Position numbers and translations under genes: made by a program
Part shown: positions 8,983-17,478 of the stretch, in pieces
Position numbering within the stretch: position 1 is the stretch's first letter
How the letters are laid out: every line of letters starts with the position of its first letter
Assembly: GCA_027364875.1 (NCBI GenBank)
Contig: DAHXON010000001.1
Span: 20,567 to 84,566 of the forward strand
Origin: Chloroflexota bacterium
GTDB lineage: Bacteria; Chloroflexota; Limnocylindria; Limnocylindrales; CSP1-4
Length of the DNA: 64,000 nucleotides
Reading direction: 5' to 3'
The notes under the pieces: model-generated
Seen by the model: the letters and a program-made list of their open reading frames with translations, nothing else
The model's database searches: none
What the model was told of the DNA's origin: nothing

Positions 8983-10173
8983 GTGCTCACTCATCGTCGC
9001 GCACGTCTGGCGCTCCCCGCCCTGCTTCTCGCGGTTGGCGTCTTCGCCGGGTCGCCGGCGTTGTCTTCGTCGCTCGTGGCCGCCGCGGAGACCAACACTG
9101 TCTCGGGCACCGTCAACGACGTTCACGGCGCCCCGATGGCGAATGTGCAAGTGCATGTCTGGTCGGCGGCTGGGGCCCCTGTGGCCGGTTCGGCATCTAC
9201 GGACGCGTCCGGCATGTACTCGCTGGGGCTGGCGGCCGGGTCCTACCTGCTCTACTTCGCTCCTCCGACCGACGCGCAGGGCATGGGCTGGTGGAGCGCG
9301 ACCGGCTTCAAGTACTCGATGACAGACGCCGGCGCGATCGACCTGACGGCCGGCGACGCGCCCGGCGCGGACCTCGTGATGCCGGACGCCATCTACATCA
9401 GGGGGACTGTCACTGCCGCGGGCTCGGTGCCGATCGCCGGGATCCAGGTCATGGCCTCACGAAAAGAGGGCGACAGCACCTGGTTCTACTACGGCACGAC
9501 TGATTCCGCCGGCACCTACCGTGTGAATATCCCGCCCGCTGCGTTCACCGTGAGTTTCACCGACGCGAGCGGCGTCTATCCGTACGTCTTCTACTCGACG
9601 ACCGGGGTCACCGTGACCGAGTCCGCGGCGAGTGTCGTCACAGTGGCTTCAACGAGCGTGAGCGGCATCGATGCGACCCTTGCCGCCGGCCTGCACATCA
9701 CCGGGACCGTGACCGATCTCAATGGCCTTCCGCTCAAGGGAATCACGGTGAGGTCCTACACGGCAGACCTGCACGAACTGGGCCACACGTGGAGCGATGC
9801 CGACGGCAAGTACTCGCTGCCGATGCTCCGGGGCAGCTATCTGCTGGTGTTCGAGGAGTACACGCAAACCTACTTGTCCGGCTACTGGAGCGTGTCGGGG
9901 CCCGTCTATGAGCCCACCGATGCCGGAACGATCACCCTCTCTCAGACCGACGTTACGGCGGACATCCAGCTGCCCCCCTGGGCACCTCGACCCGACCCGA
10001 CAGCAGCACCCCAGCCCGATCGGACAGCCCCGGCACCGAACCCGACACTGCCGCCAACGAGCACCGTTGCGTCCAACGCCCCCTCGTCCGGTTTGTCCCT
10101 CGCGGCTCTCTGGGTCGGGATCCTGGCCATCATCTTCCTGGCGTACCGAAGGTTCGGGCGCTCCGCCCTCTAG
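8983..10173 (+). CDS. Secreted surface protein with repeated carboxypeptidase-regulatory-like (Ig-like) domains, a Pro-rich stalk and a C-terminal TM anchor
   Basis: Signal peptide RRARLALPALLLAVGVFAG. Repeats of SGTV.D..G.P...V.V. C-terminus LPPTSTVASNAPSSG + hydrophobic helix + RRFGRS. Confidence 0.65.
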   Translation: MLTHRRARLALPALLLAVGVFAGSPALSSSLVAAAETNTVSGTVNDVHGAPMANVQVHVWSAAGAPVAGSASTDASGMYSLGLAAGSYLLYFAPPTDAQGMGWWSATGFKYSMTDAGAIDLTAGDAPGADLVMPDAIYIRGTVTAAGSVPIAGIQVMASRKEGDSTWFYYGTTDSAGTYRVNIPPAAFTVSFTDASGVYPYVFYSTTGVTVTESAASVVTVASTSVSGIDATLAAGLHITGTVTDLNGLPLKGITVRSYTADLHELGHTWSDADGKYSLPMLRGSYLLVFEEYTQTYLSGYWSVSGPVYEPTDAGTITLSQTDVTADIQLPPWAPRPDPTAAPQPDRTAPAPNPTLPPTSTVASNAPSSGLSLAALWVGILAIIFLAYRRFGRSAL

Positions 10174-10204
10174 CGGGAGCGACGCGCGGCGGTGCCGGGT
10201 CGGG

Positions 10205-10603
10205 TCAGCGCTCCTTCTCGAGCTGGCTGATTCGCTGGTTGGTTACGCCTAGAAGCATGCCCGTGTCGCGTGAGGTGTATCCCGAGTCTCGGATCTCCCG
10301 GACGGCATGACGGACCGCCGCCGACGCCTTCGACTGGGCGACTTCGGCCGCTTCGCGGGCTCGTAGGGCCTCCTCGATCGAATCCTTGAGCCGTCCGAGC
10401 GAGGAAAGGTCGGGCTGGACCGTGATGTCGAAAGCGTTCTCCGGAACGCCCAGGAGCAAGGCGATCGCCTCTCTGGCCATGGATTCGACCTGGTCGAGCC
10501 GACGCGCCTGCGTATGTACGCCAGGCAACTCTGGGACCTCGATCGCCCACCATCGACCGGTCCTCGTCGCCGTGACCCGATATGTGGACTTCACGACTGC
10601 CAC
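10205..10603 (-). CDS. hicB: HicB-family antitoxin with C-terminal HTH
   Basis: N-terminus YRVTATRTGRWWAIEVPELPGVHTQARRLDQVESMAREAIALLLGV (HicB-like RNase H fold). C-terminal GMLLGVTNQRISQLE HTH. Overlaps hicA by 13 nt. Confidence 0.75.
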   Translation of the reverse strand: MAVVKSTYRVTATRTGRWWAIEVPELPGVHTQARRLDQVESMAREAIALLLGVPENAFDITVQPDLSSLGRLKDSIEEALRAREAAEVAQSKASAAVRHAVREIRDSGYTSRDTGMLLGVTNQRISQLEKER

Positions 10604-10806
10604 CAGCCTTCACCGAGCTCGGGTTCAAGCGATCTACGGATTGAGACCGCCGTGAGCTCATTGATCTCCCGATGTCTTGGGACGGTCACCTGCAGATGAC
10701 CGCACCGCCACAGTTCATGCCTTGCGCCCTCGCGAACCAGCTGCCACGGGACTCCCCTATCGGCAGCCGCGGCGCCGATCTGCCGCAGGAGTCGCAGGCG
10801 CTGCAC
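10591..10806 (-). CDS. hicA: HicA-family mRNA interferase toxin
   Basis: 71 aa, with REGARHELWRCGHLQVTVPRHREINELTAVSIRRSL matching the HicA pattern (GSH..y....g...tvP.H.e....t...I). GTG start. Confidence 0.7.
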   Translation of the reverse strand: MQRLRLLRQIGAAAADRGVPWQLVREGARHELWRCGHLQVTVPRHREINELTAVSIRRSLEPELGEGWWQS

Positions 10807-10814
10807 TCGGGAAG

Positions 10815-10851
10815 CCTATACCTATTGGCTGTGATAGGCAATGGCTATTGG
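10815..10851 (-). promoter_or_regulatory. Putative hicAB promoter/operator: AT-richer patch with a direct repeat CTATTGGC x2
   Basis: CTATTGGC at 10822-10829 and 10844-10851 (22-nt period). Minus-strand TATAGG (10815-10820) lies 8 nt upstream of GTG 10806. Possible -35 TTGCCT (10836-10841) with only a 15-nt spacer. Confidence 0.35.
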
Positions 10852-11026
10852 CAACAACCAGGACGCGTCCGCGAGTTACGCCGGCGTGGGGCGTCAGGCG
10901 CGGGCGGATGAACTCAGGCCCCTCGGGGGTGGTGCCGGGCGGCACCGTCAGGTAGGGTAGACGCCGCGCCGGGACGAACCCGTCGGCTCGCGTCCGTCTC
11001 GCCCTTGGCTTCGAGGAGGACCCGTC

Positions 11027-12205
11027 TTGGCACTTCCTTTGCCATCTCGCGTCGCGATCACGATCGTGGGGGTTGCCGTCTCGGTGACGCTGGTCTCCGG
11101 ACTGGTCTCCGTCATCGATAGAGCCACCGCGACGCAGACTTCGTCGCCGGCGGCGACCGGTACGCAGGCTCCCGGAACCCCCAATTCGTCCGCTGTCGCC
11201 GCGGCCACACCCTCGCTTGCGAGCGCGACGGCTGGCGTCTCGATCACGGCTCCGGCCGCCGACGGCCCTACAACGACTCCGAGTTCGAATGCGACGGCCT
11301 CACGCACGACCGCGCCCACGCCCAAGACCACTGCCAGGGTTACGGCCACACCCACGCCCAAGCCGCAACCTACGCCTCTACCTACGGCCGCAGCCACGCC
11401 GACCCGGCCGCCCTCTCCGGCCGTGACGATCATCGCCGCGGGGGACACCCGGACAGATCTCGAGGGGATCCAGGCCACGACCGCCCTGATCGTGGCTCGC
11501 CCCGGGATCCCGGTTCTCAACGTGGGCGACGACACCGACGACGGCTCGGCGGCCATTTACGAGAGCTTCTTCGACCCGAACTGGGGCCAGTTCAAGAACC
11601 GAATCCTTCCCACGCCCGGGAACCACGAGTACGACACGGCGGGCGCGGCCCCTTACTTCGCCTACTACGGCGCGGCCGCCGGCAGCCCGAGCAGGAGCTG
11701 GTACAGCTTCAACATTGGCAGCGACTGGCACGGCATCGAGCTGAACGGCAACATCGCCCACGGCGCCGGGTCACCGCAGGAGAAGTTCCTCAAGGCGGAC
11801 CTGGCGGCGAACGCGGGCAAGCACATCATCGCGTTCTGGCATCAGCCCCGGTTCAGCTCTGGCGCCGAGCACGGCAGCGATCCCAGTTTCACCGCGTTCT
11901 GGACCGACCTCTACGCGGCCCAAGCCGACATCGTGCTAAACGGCCACGACCACGATTACGAACGCTTCGGCCTCCAGAATCCGTCCGGCGACGCCGATCC
12001 GAACGGCATCCGCGAATTCGTCGTCGGGACAGGCGGAGCGCCCCTGTACGCTTTTGGCGGCGCCATCGCCAACTCCCAGGCCCGCAACGACAACACCTGG
12101 GGCATCCTGGTGTTGACCCTCACCTCGAGCAGCTACAGCTGGAGGTTCATCCCGCAAGCGGGCAAGACATACACCGACTCGGGTTCCCAGGCCACTCACA
12201 GCTGA
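11027..12205 (+). CDS. Membrane-anchored metallophosphoesterase (calcineurin-like) with a Thr/Pro/Ala-rich linker
   Basis: GAGGAGGA RBS and TTG start. N-terminal TM. Motifs AAGDTR, GNHEY, FWHQPRFSSG, NGHDHDYERF. Confidence 0.8.
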   Translation: MALPLPSRVAITIVGVAVSVTLVSGLVSVIDRATATQTSSPAATGTQAPGTPNSSAVAAATPSLASATAGVSITAPAADGPTTTPSSNATASRTTAPTPKTTARVTATPTPKPQPTPLPTAAATPTRPPSPAVTIIAAGDTRTDLEGIQATTALIVARPGIPVLNVGDDTDDGSAAIYESFFDPNWGQFKNRILPTPGNHEYDTAGAAPYFAYYGAAAGSPSRSWYSFNIGSDWHGIELNGNIAHGAGSPQEKFLKADLAANAGKHIIAFWHQPRFSSGAEHGSDPSFTAFWTDLYAAQADIVLNGHDHDYERFGLQNPSGDADPNGIREFVVGTGGAPLYAFGGAIANSQARNDNTWGILVLTLTSSSYSWRFIPQAGKTYTDSGSQATHS

Positions 12206-12519
12206 CCCCGAAAAGCCGTGGCGTGGCTTCGGCCGGCCGGCCTCTGGTCCGATCTGACATAACCTCGGCGCCCCGACCGTTCTCGCCGCTCGCGCGGCGC
12301 CGGCCATTCTGCCGGCCGCGCCGGAGCTGGCGGCCTGGGCGGCGGGCTACTTCTGCGCCCGTGCTGGCGGACCTCCGATACCGGAGGCTCCCCACGTGCG
12401 GCCGCTCCAGCTGTCACAGGCTCGGACGGCGTTGCCCTGGGCTGCACGTGTCCTCGGCTTGCCCGTGCCCGGCTGAGCCCGGGCCTGCCGACCCGACCCC
12501 CGACCGATAACGAAAGCGT

Positions 12520-13110
12520 CTATCGATGGGGAGCGTCGAGCGTGTAGGTGTGGTCGCAGTGGGGGTGGCCCTGCATGAGCGTCTGGGTGCGCGAGAAATG
12601 GATTGGCGGGACGAACGAGCCCGTGACGTGGAAGTCCGTGGAGCAGACCAGTTCGTAGAGCCAGTCGCGGGCGTGGTCGTAGCCTGCGGCCTCGAGGGCC
12701 GCCGCGAGCTGTTCCTGCGGGCAGCGGCGGCAATCGATGCGCAGGCCCGTCTCGTCGCGGTCCATCGTGAAATCGAACCCTTGCGCTACGAGTGGCTCCC
12801 AGAGCAGCCGGATCAGGTCGTCGAGGCTGCCGCCCTCCCGAGCCGTCAGTCCGGCCCAATAGGCAGCGGTGTTCTTGCGGCATAGCTGCCGGACGACGTC
12901 ACGCACTCGATCGCGGCCGAATCGTGCCGAAACCGATTCCAGGGCCGCGAGCTTGTCCTCGCTCCCCCTCCATGCGGCGGAGAGGGCGGCGAAGACCGCG
13001 CACTCATCCGGGTCGAAGTCGTTGCCCTCGGCCTGCGAGGGCTCGAACCAGCCATCGAGCCAGCCGGCTATCTCCTGCCAGCGATCTAGCAGTTCTGGCT
13101 GCATGCGCAC
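12520..13110 (-). CDS. L-2-amino-thiazoline-4-carboxylate hydrolase-like protein
   Basis: C-terminal Cys pattern IDCRRCP...LVCSTDFHVTGSFVPPIHFSRTQTLMQGHPHCDHTY resembles the ATC-hydrolase family. Assignment by motif memory only. Confidence 0.5.
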   Translation of the reverse strand: MRMQPELLDRWQEIAGWLDGWFEPSQAEGNDFDPDECAVFAALSAAWRGSEDKLAALESVSARFGRDRVRDVVRQLCRKNTAAYWAGLTAREGGSLDDLIRLLWEPLVAQGFDFTMDRDETGLRIDCRRCPQEQLAAALEAAGYDHARDWLYELVCSTDFHVTGSFVPPIHFSRTQTLMQGHPHCDHTYTLDAPHR

Positions 13111-13197
13111 GGTCCCCTGCGACTCCCTACAGGCTCGATTCTAGCGGGCGATAGCGCCGGCAGTCCTGCAGATCGCGACCGACATCGAGAACGCCCT

Positions 13198-14133
13198 CTA
13201 GCCGCCGAGGGCGAGGATCCTGGAAACGCCGATTGCCACCTCGACGACAGCCAGGCCAAGCAGCAAGAGGGACGCGGCAATCCGGATCCAACGCCACCCG
13301 GCGCGACGCCATGGGGCGAGCAGTGTGGTCACACCGATTAGCACAGCGGCCAGGCCGAGACAGGCCAGGCCCTCGGATTGTTCGTGTCCAAGAAGTCCCG
13401 CGGTACTCCACGCTCCGATCATCGATAGCATGCCCGCGAGCGCGAGGAGAGCGCCGCGGCCACCCGGCAGGGCCCACCGGCGACGGGTCGCCGGAAAGGC
13501 TGTCATGCGCCCATTCGCATCGACGCCCGGCCGGCCTGCCATGAGGTCCGCGATCCAGGCGAGGACGGCACCCCACCGCGTCCGTGCGTCGCCGGCGACG
13601 AAATATCCGTGCGTCCGCGCGATCGTCATAACCCGTTCGAATTCAGCCGGCGTGAGCGCGTTGGCTGGGATCGGTACATGCCCGGAACGCTCCGACCACG
13701 ACACTGGCAGGATGAGAACGCCCCGCTCGACGCGAGGACGACCCAGTGCCCCCCAGCTCTGCCGGGCTTCCCGCGGAACCGGCCAACCTGATACGCCCCG
13801 GTCGTCCACGACGATGCCGATCGGCCCGTTGACAAATGGGGCCGATTTATCGCCTGTGAGCCCGGCGGCGAAGCCGAAGACGAATGCCGACGCCAGCGCA
13901 GCGGCGCCGATGGCGACGTCTTCGCGAAGTGGATAGTCACCCGACCGCAGCGGCGTGGACAGCAGCAAGAGGCCGAGCGGAACGAAGAGTACGGCCCACA
14001 TCGTCGCGCCGGGCGTGGTCTCCCAAAACCAGTACAGGTCGCGGAGTCGGAGCCGGTACTGAAGCACGATCGGCTTTGAGGATGGCACCGGCGTGGACGG
14101 AACCCGGGTTTGCGTTTCGAAGTCGTCGGTCAT
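13198..14133 (-). CDS. Polytopic membrane protein with a central YcxB/bPH-like soluble insert (hypothetical)
   Basis: 311-aa ORF with several hydrophobic helices. 4-nt overlap (ATGA) with the upstream TPR gene. Confidence 0.6.
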   Translation of the reverse strand: MTDDFETQTRVPSTPVPSSKPIVLQYRLRLRDLYWFWETTPGATMWAVLFVPLGLLLLSTPLRSGDYPLREDVAIGAAALASAFVFGFAAGLTGDKSAPFVNGPIGIVVDDRGVSGWPVPREARQSWGALGRPRVERGVLILPVSWSERSGHVPIPANALTPAEFERVMTIARTHGYFVAGDARTRWGAVLAWIADLMAGRPGVDANGRMTAFPATRRRWALPGGRGALLALAGMLSMIGAWSTAGLLGHEQSEGLACLGLAAVLIGVTTLLAPWRRAGWRWIRIAASLLLLGLAVVEVAIGVSRILALGG

Positions 14134-15188
14134 TCCGGCTTCGGACCGTCGTGGCCACGCGTGATGAGGTCTTCGCCCGGTACGGCATCCGCACCGTGCC
14201 CGCCGGACAAGTCCAGATCCCGGCCCTCAACCGGCGGCGTCGCCGCTACCCGTCCGGCAACGACCGGGGGACCAGCCGCCGGCTCATCAGCGCCACGGGA
14301 GAAGGGCTTTGAATCCAACACCGTCGCCACCAGCGCAATACCCAACGCGCCGACCAGCGTGACGGCTGGGATCGACCCGACCAGAAGCTGCTGGACCACG
14401 AAGAAGATCCCGACGGCAGCGAGCACAGCAAGGCCCGCGAGGATGGCGAAGCGGCGAGCGAGGGACGGCGCAAAAAGGAACCGGACAAGGCGCAGCCCGA
14501 CCGGTTTCGGAACAGGAAGGCGCTCCGACTTGTCCCGCAGTCGACAGGCCAGCTGCAGGTCGCGCTCCGCGTCTCGAGACGCCGGGTTCAGCCGGAGAGC
14601 TTCGCGGAACTCGGCCGCCGCGCTCTCGAATTGATTGCCCTCCAGGAGTGCGGTGCCCAGATTGTGGTGAAGAAAGGCGCGGGTGGGCTCGTCCACCAGC
14701 GCCTCGCGAAGGACCTGGCGCGCGTCGTCGACACGGTTCGCCTGGAGTAGCGCGACTGCCAGCGCGTTGAGGCACGCGACGTCGCGCGGGTCGAGCCGAA
14801 GTCCTTCTCGGGCCGCGATGGCCGCATCCGCCAGCCTCTTCTGAATCGCAAGGATCACCGACAAATCCGCGTGCAGGGACGCGCTATCGGGCGCTCCAGA
14901 GATCGCCTCGCGCACCTCTTGTTCTGCCTCGACGAGGCGTCCCATTTCCCGCAGCGTGCGAGCGCGCTCGAGGTGGCAGAGCCAGCTTTCGGGAGCACGG
15001 GCGAGCGCTTCGTCGGCCTCCTCCAGCGAGGCTTTGAGCTGTCCGCGCCTCCTGAAGCACACAGCGAGGATTCGGTGGGCATCCCAGCTGTCCGGATCCT
15101 GAGCGAGCTCGTCGCGCGCGAGCCGCTCGGCAAGATCGGTTCTGTCCGCGTTGAGGAAGTCGATTGCCGGCGATAGACGCGTCGACAC
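14130..15188 (-). CDS. TPR-repeat protein with C-terminal TM segments
   Basis: Repeated A..A...L..dP....a...La motifs (about 7 TPR-like units), then the hydrophobic stretch FAILAGLAVLAAVGIFFVV. Confidence 0.7.
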   Translation of the reverse strand: MSTRLSPAIDFLNADRTDLAERLARDELAQDPDSWDAHRILAVCFRRRGQLKASLEEADEALARAPESWLCHLERARTLREMGRLVEAEQEVREAISGAPDSASLHADLSVILAIQKRLADAAIAAREGLRLDPRDVACLNALAVALLQANRVDDARQVLREALVDEPTRAFLHHNLGTALLEGNQFESAAAEFREALRLNPASRDAERDLQLACRLRDKSERLPVPKPVGLRLVRFLFAPSLARRFAILAGLAVLAAVGIFFVVQQLLVGSIPAVTLVGALGIALVATVLDSKPFSRGADEPAAGPPVVAGRVAATPPVEGRDLDLSGGHGADAVPGEDLITRGHDGPKPE

Positions 15189-15197
15189 TTCCTGACC

Positions 15198-15464
15198 CTA
15201 CCGGATGAGGTCGACGGTGTAGTCGTACCGCTGGAGCAAGCGATTCATATCGCATTTCACGATCTTGGCGTCGCGATAGCCCCTGGCCGTCGCGTACTTC
15301 CTGGCTTCCTTCTGGGCTCGCCAGTTCACGTATCTGGGCCAGAGCAAGGTGCTCTTGGTGCCCCAGATCCGCATCGTGTATCGGTCCGGGTCGATCGTCG
15401 GAAGGAAGTCGTTGGGCCATACCCCCCAGAACGCGTTGTACGCCAGCTTCTTCAGATTCACCCT
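15198..15464 (-). CDS. Small Trp-rich orphan protein (88 aa), lower GC
   Basis: AGGAGGG RBS 6 nt before GTG 15464. Hand count gives ~60% GC versus ~67% in the neighbouring gene. No family recognised. 9 nt upstream of the TPR gene. Confidence 0.5.
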   Translation of the reverse strand, partial: RVNLKKLAYNAFWGVWPNDFLPTIDPDRYTMRIWGTKSTLLWPRYVNWRAQKEARKYATARGYRDAKIVKCDMNRLLQRYDYTVDLIR

Positions 15465-15702
15465 GTGCCCTCCTGTGGCGAGTCCGCCGTCGAACATGGT
15501 AAGCGGCGGGCTCAGTCACAACTGCGCGACGCGCGTCTGCGGCCCTGGTACTTTCGGCCGCCCAGCAGTCACTTCCGACCGACTGCAGGCCTCCGAGGAA
15601 GCGCGGCAAGGTGAACCGGGCCGGGGCCGGCGCAAGCCGAAAGTCCCGCCAGGGCGCCAAGGCCTCGGCAGCTAACCCCAAACCATCTCGGCACGCCGGC
15701 CC

Positions 15703-16239
15703 TCAGCAAAGTGAATCCCCCTGGCGCCAGCCACCCGGCGGATCTCCGTAGAACGGACCCGAGATCTGGCCGTCGACGCCGATCACGACGGCCCAGGGAA
15801 GATCCGCCTGCGCGTCTCGGACGTGCAACTGGAAGGTGCGATTCACTCCGCCCGCGTCGACCGACACCTCGACGACCCCGCTGCGCAGCCCCGTCGATAG
15901 GGTCCGGCAGCCTGACGCCACCGCGCCGCCGGACAACCCCCGAATGGGCGTGCCGAACAGGCCGGGTTGGCTCCAGCTCACGGAGGCGTCCTGCCGGCTG
16001 TAGTTCTGCACGACGAGATCCAACGGCGTCGCGCAGGCGCAGGAGTCCACCGGCACCAGCACGACTGCCGTGACGGCGACGATGAGCGCAAGCACGACGG
16101 TGCCGAGGGAGAAAATGACTAACCCCACCCGAGTGCGACGGCCCCCTCGGGTCGGCCTGGTTATCGACGCGTCAGCCGGGTCCAACATCGTCCCCTCCCC
16201 TTCTCCGGTAGTCTCGCGCCCGGCGCCGGTCATGTCCAC
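15703..16239 (-). CDS. N-terminally anchored extracytoplasmic protein (hypothetical)
   Basis: Single TM VGLVIFSLGTVVLALIVAVTAVVLV followed by a Cys-containing ~110-aa domain. Start (GTG 16239 / ATG 16233 / internal ATG) is uncertain. Confidence 0.5.
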   Translation of the reverse strand: MDMTGAGRETTGEGEGTMLDPADASITRPTRGGRRTRVGLVIFSLGTVVLALIVAVTAVVLVPVDSCACATPLDLVVQNYSRQDASVSWSQPGLFGTPIRGLSGGAVASGCRTLSTGLRSGVVEVSVDAGGVNRTFQLHVRDAQADLPWAVVIGVDGQISGPFYGDPPGGWRQGDSLC

Positions 16240-16309
16240 TGGAAACGCCCTCGCCGGCGCTGAACCAGGCGACGTGACTGCCGATGTCTACGGGTATAGA
16301 CTTCCCGCC

Positions 16310-16513
16310 ATGAGTCCTCTGGTTCGAACCGAAGATCTCGTGGATGCGCAGGAGCTGGCCGCGCTACTCGGTCTGGCGCATCCGAACAGCGTGAGCACGT
16401 ATCAGCGCCGGTACCGCGACATGCCTCGGCCGGTGCTCGATCTGGGGCGCGGGCGGCCAAAGCTGTGGCTCCGGCCGACGGTGCTCGAGTGGAAGTCGGC
16501 CCGGGCTCGATGA
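16310..16513 (+). CDS. Small HTH DNA-binding protein (excisionase/AlpA/MerR-like fold)
   Basis: 67 aa: LVDAQELAALLGLAHPNSVSTYQRRY...PKLWLRPTVLEW. Stop overlaps the map start (ATGA 16510-16513). Confidence 0.55.
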   Translation: MSPLVRTEDLVDAQELAALLGLAHPNSVSTYQRRYRDMPRPVLDLGRGRPKLWLRPTVLEWKSARAR

Positions 16514-17478
16514 GCGCTCTCGGGCCCAACGACCGTTGCTGGTGCGGCAGCGGCAAGAAGTACAAACGGTGCCACGGTCTAAGCGCGGAACCGGTCCGGC
16601 GCGGCAGCGTCTCGCCGAGGCGCACCGTGCCGGACGGCATCGAGAAGCCGGACTACGCGGAAACCGGGACTCCCGTTTTCGAGGAGGAGCCGCCGGTCCG
16701 ATCCGCCGAGGAAATCGCCGCGATGCGCCGCGCCGGCCGCGTTGCCGCCGAGGTGCTCGCAGCCGTGGCGGAGGCAATCGCCCCGGGCGTGACCACCGAC
16801 GCGCTCGACGCCATCTGCCACGCTGAGTGCCTGCGCCGCGGCGCCTACCCGAGTCCGCTCAACTACGGCGGCTTCCCGAAGTCGATCTGCACGTCCGTCA
16901 ACGAGGTCATCTGCCACGGCATCCCGGACAGTCGAGCGCTGCTGGACGGCGACATCGTGAACCTCGACGTCACGGTTTTCGTGGACCGCGTCCATGGCGA
17001 CGTCAACGCGACGTTCCCGGTCGGGATGATCGACCCCGAATCGGCCAGGCTGATCAGGGTGGCGCGCGAGTCGATGGAGCTCGGGATCGCGGCGGCTCGG
17101 CCGGGGCGGCCCATTCGCGAGATAGGGCAGGCGATCCAGCGCCACGCCGAGGGCGCGGGGTTCAGCGTCGTGCGCTCATACGTCGGACACGGCATCGGAA
17201 CGCAATTCCACAACGGCCTGGAGATCCCGCACTACGACGAACCGAGCGCAACGACGATCATGGAGCCGGGTATGACGTTCACGATCGAGCCGATGATCGC
17301 GATGGGAACCTGGCGCGACGTGCTCTGGCCGGACGGCTGGACGTCTGTCACGGCCGACAGGCGCCGCACGGCCCAGTTTGAGCACACTCTGCTCGTCACG
17401 GACGACGGCGCGGAAGTACTGACGGTCTCCCCTGCCCCGGTGGCAACGGCAGAGGCACCGTCGTCACTAGCCGGCTAG
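16510..17478 (+). CDS. map: Type I methionine aminopeptidase with an N-terminal SEC-C zinc motif
   Basis: CWCGSGKKYKRCHG, then the MetAP core: FPKSICTSVNEVICHGIPD, DIVNLDVT, YVGHGIG, MTFTIEPM, FEHT. Confidence 0.92.
   Translation: MSALGPNDRCWCGSGKKYKRCHGLSAEPVRRGSVSPRRTVPDGIEKPDYAETGTPVFEEEPPVRSAEEIAAMRRAGRVAAEVLAAVAEAIAPGVTTDALDAICHAECLRRGAYPSPLNYGGFPKSICTSVNEVICHGIPDSRALLDGDIVNLDVTVFVDRVHGDVNATFPVGMIDPESARLIRVARESMELGIAAARPGRPIREIGQAIQRHAEGAGFSVVRSYVGHGIGTQFHNGLEIPHYDEPSATTIMEPGMTFTIEPMIAMGTWRDVLWPDGWTSVTADRRRTAQFEHTLLVTDDGAEVLTVSPAPVATAEAPSSLAG

Noticed and set aside
10048-10092. A canonical LPXTG sortase signal.
   Set aside because: The motifs are LPPTS/APSSG and LPSSG, not LPXTG or LAXTG, and no sortase gene is in the window. 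I kept this only as a candidate non-canonical sorting signal.
10948-11556. 202-aa minus-strand ORF.
   Set aside because: It is antisense to the Thr/Pro/Ala-rich linker of the metallophosphoesterase. It is a low-complexity shadow frame.
17475-17478. Convergent genes whose stop codons overlap in the palindrome CTAG.
   Set aside because: This is real but trivial: a consequence of tight packing, with no functional implication that I can support.
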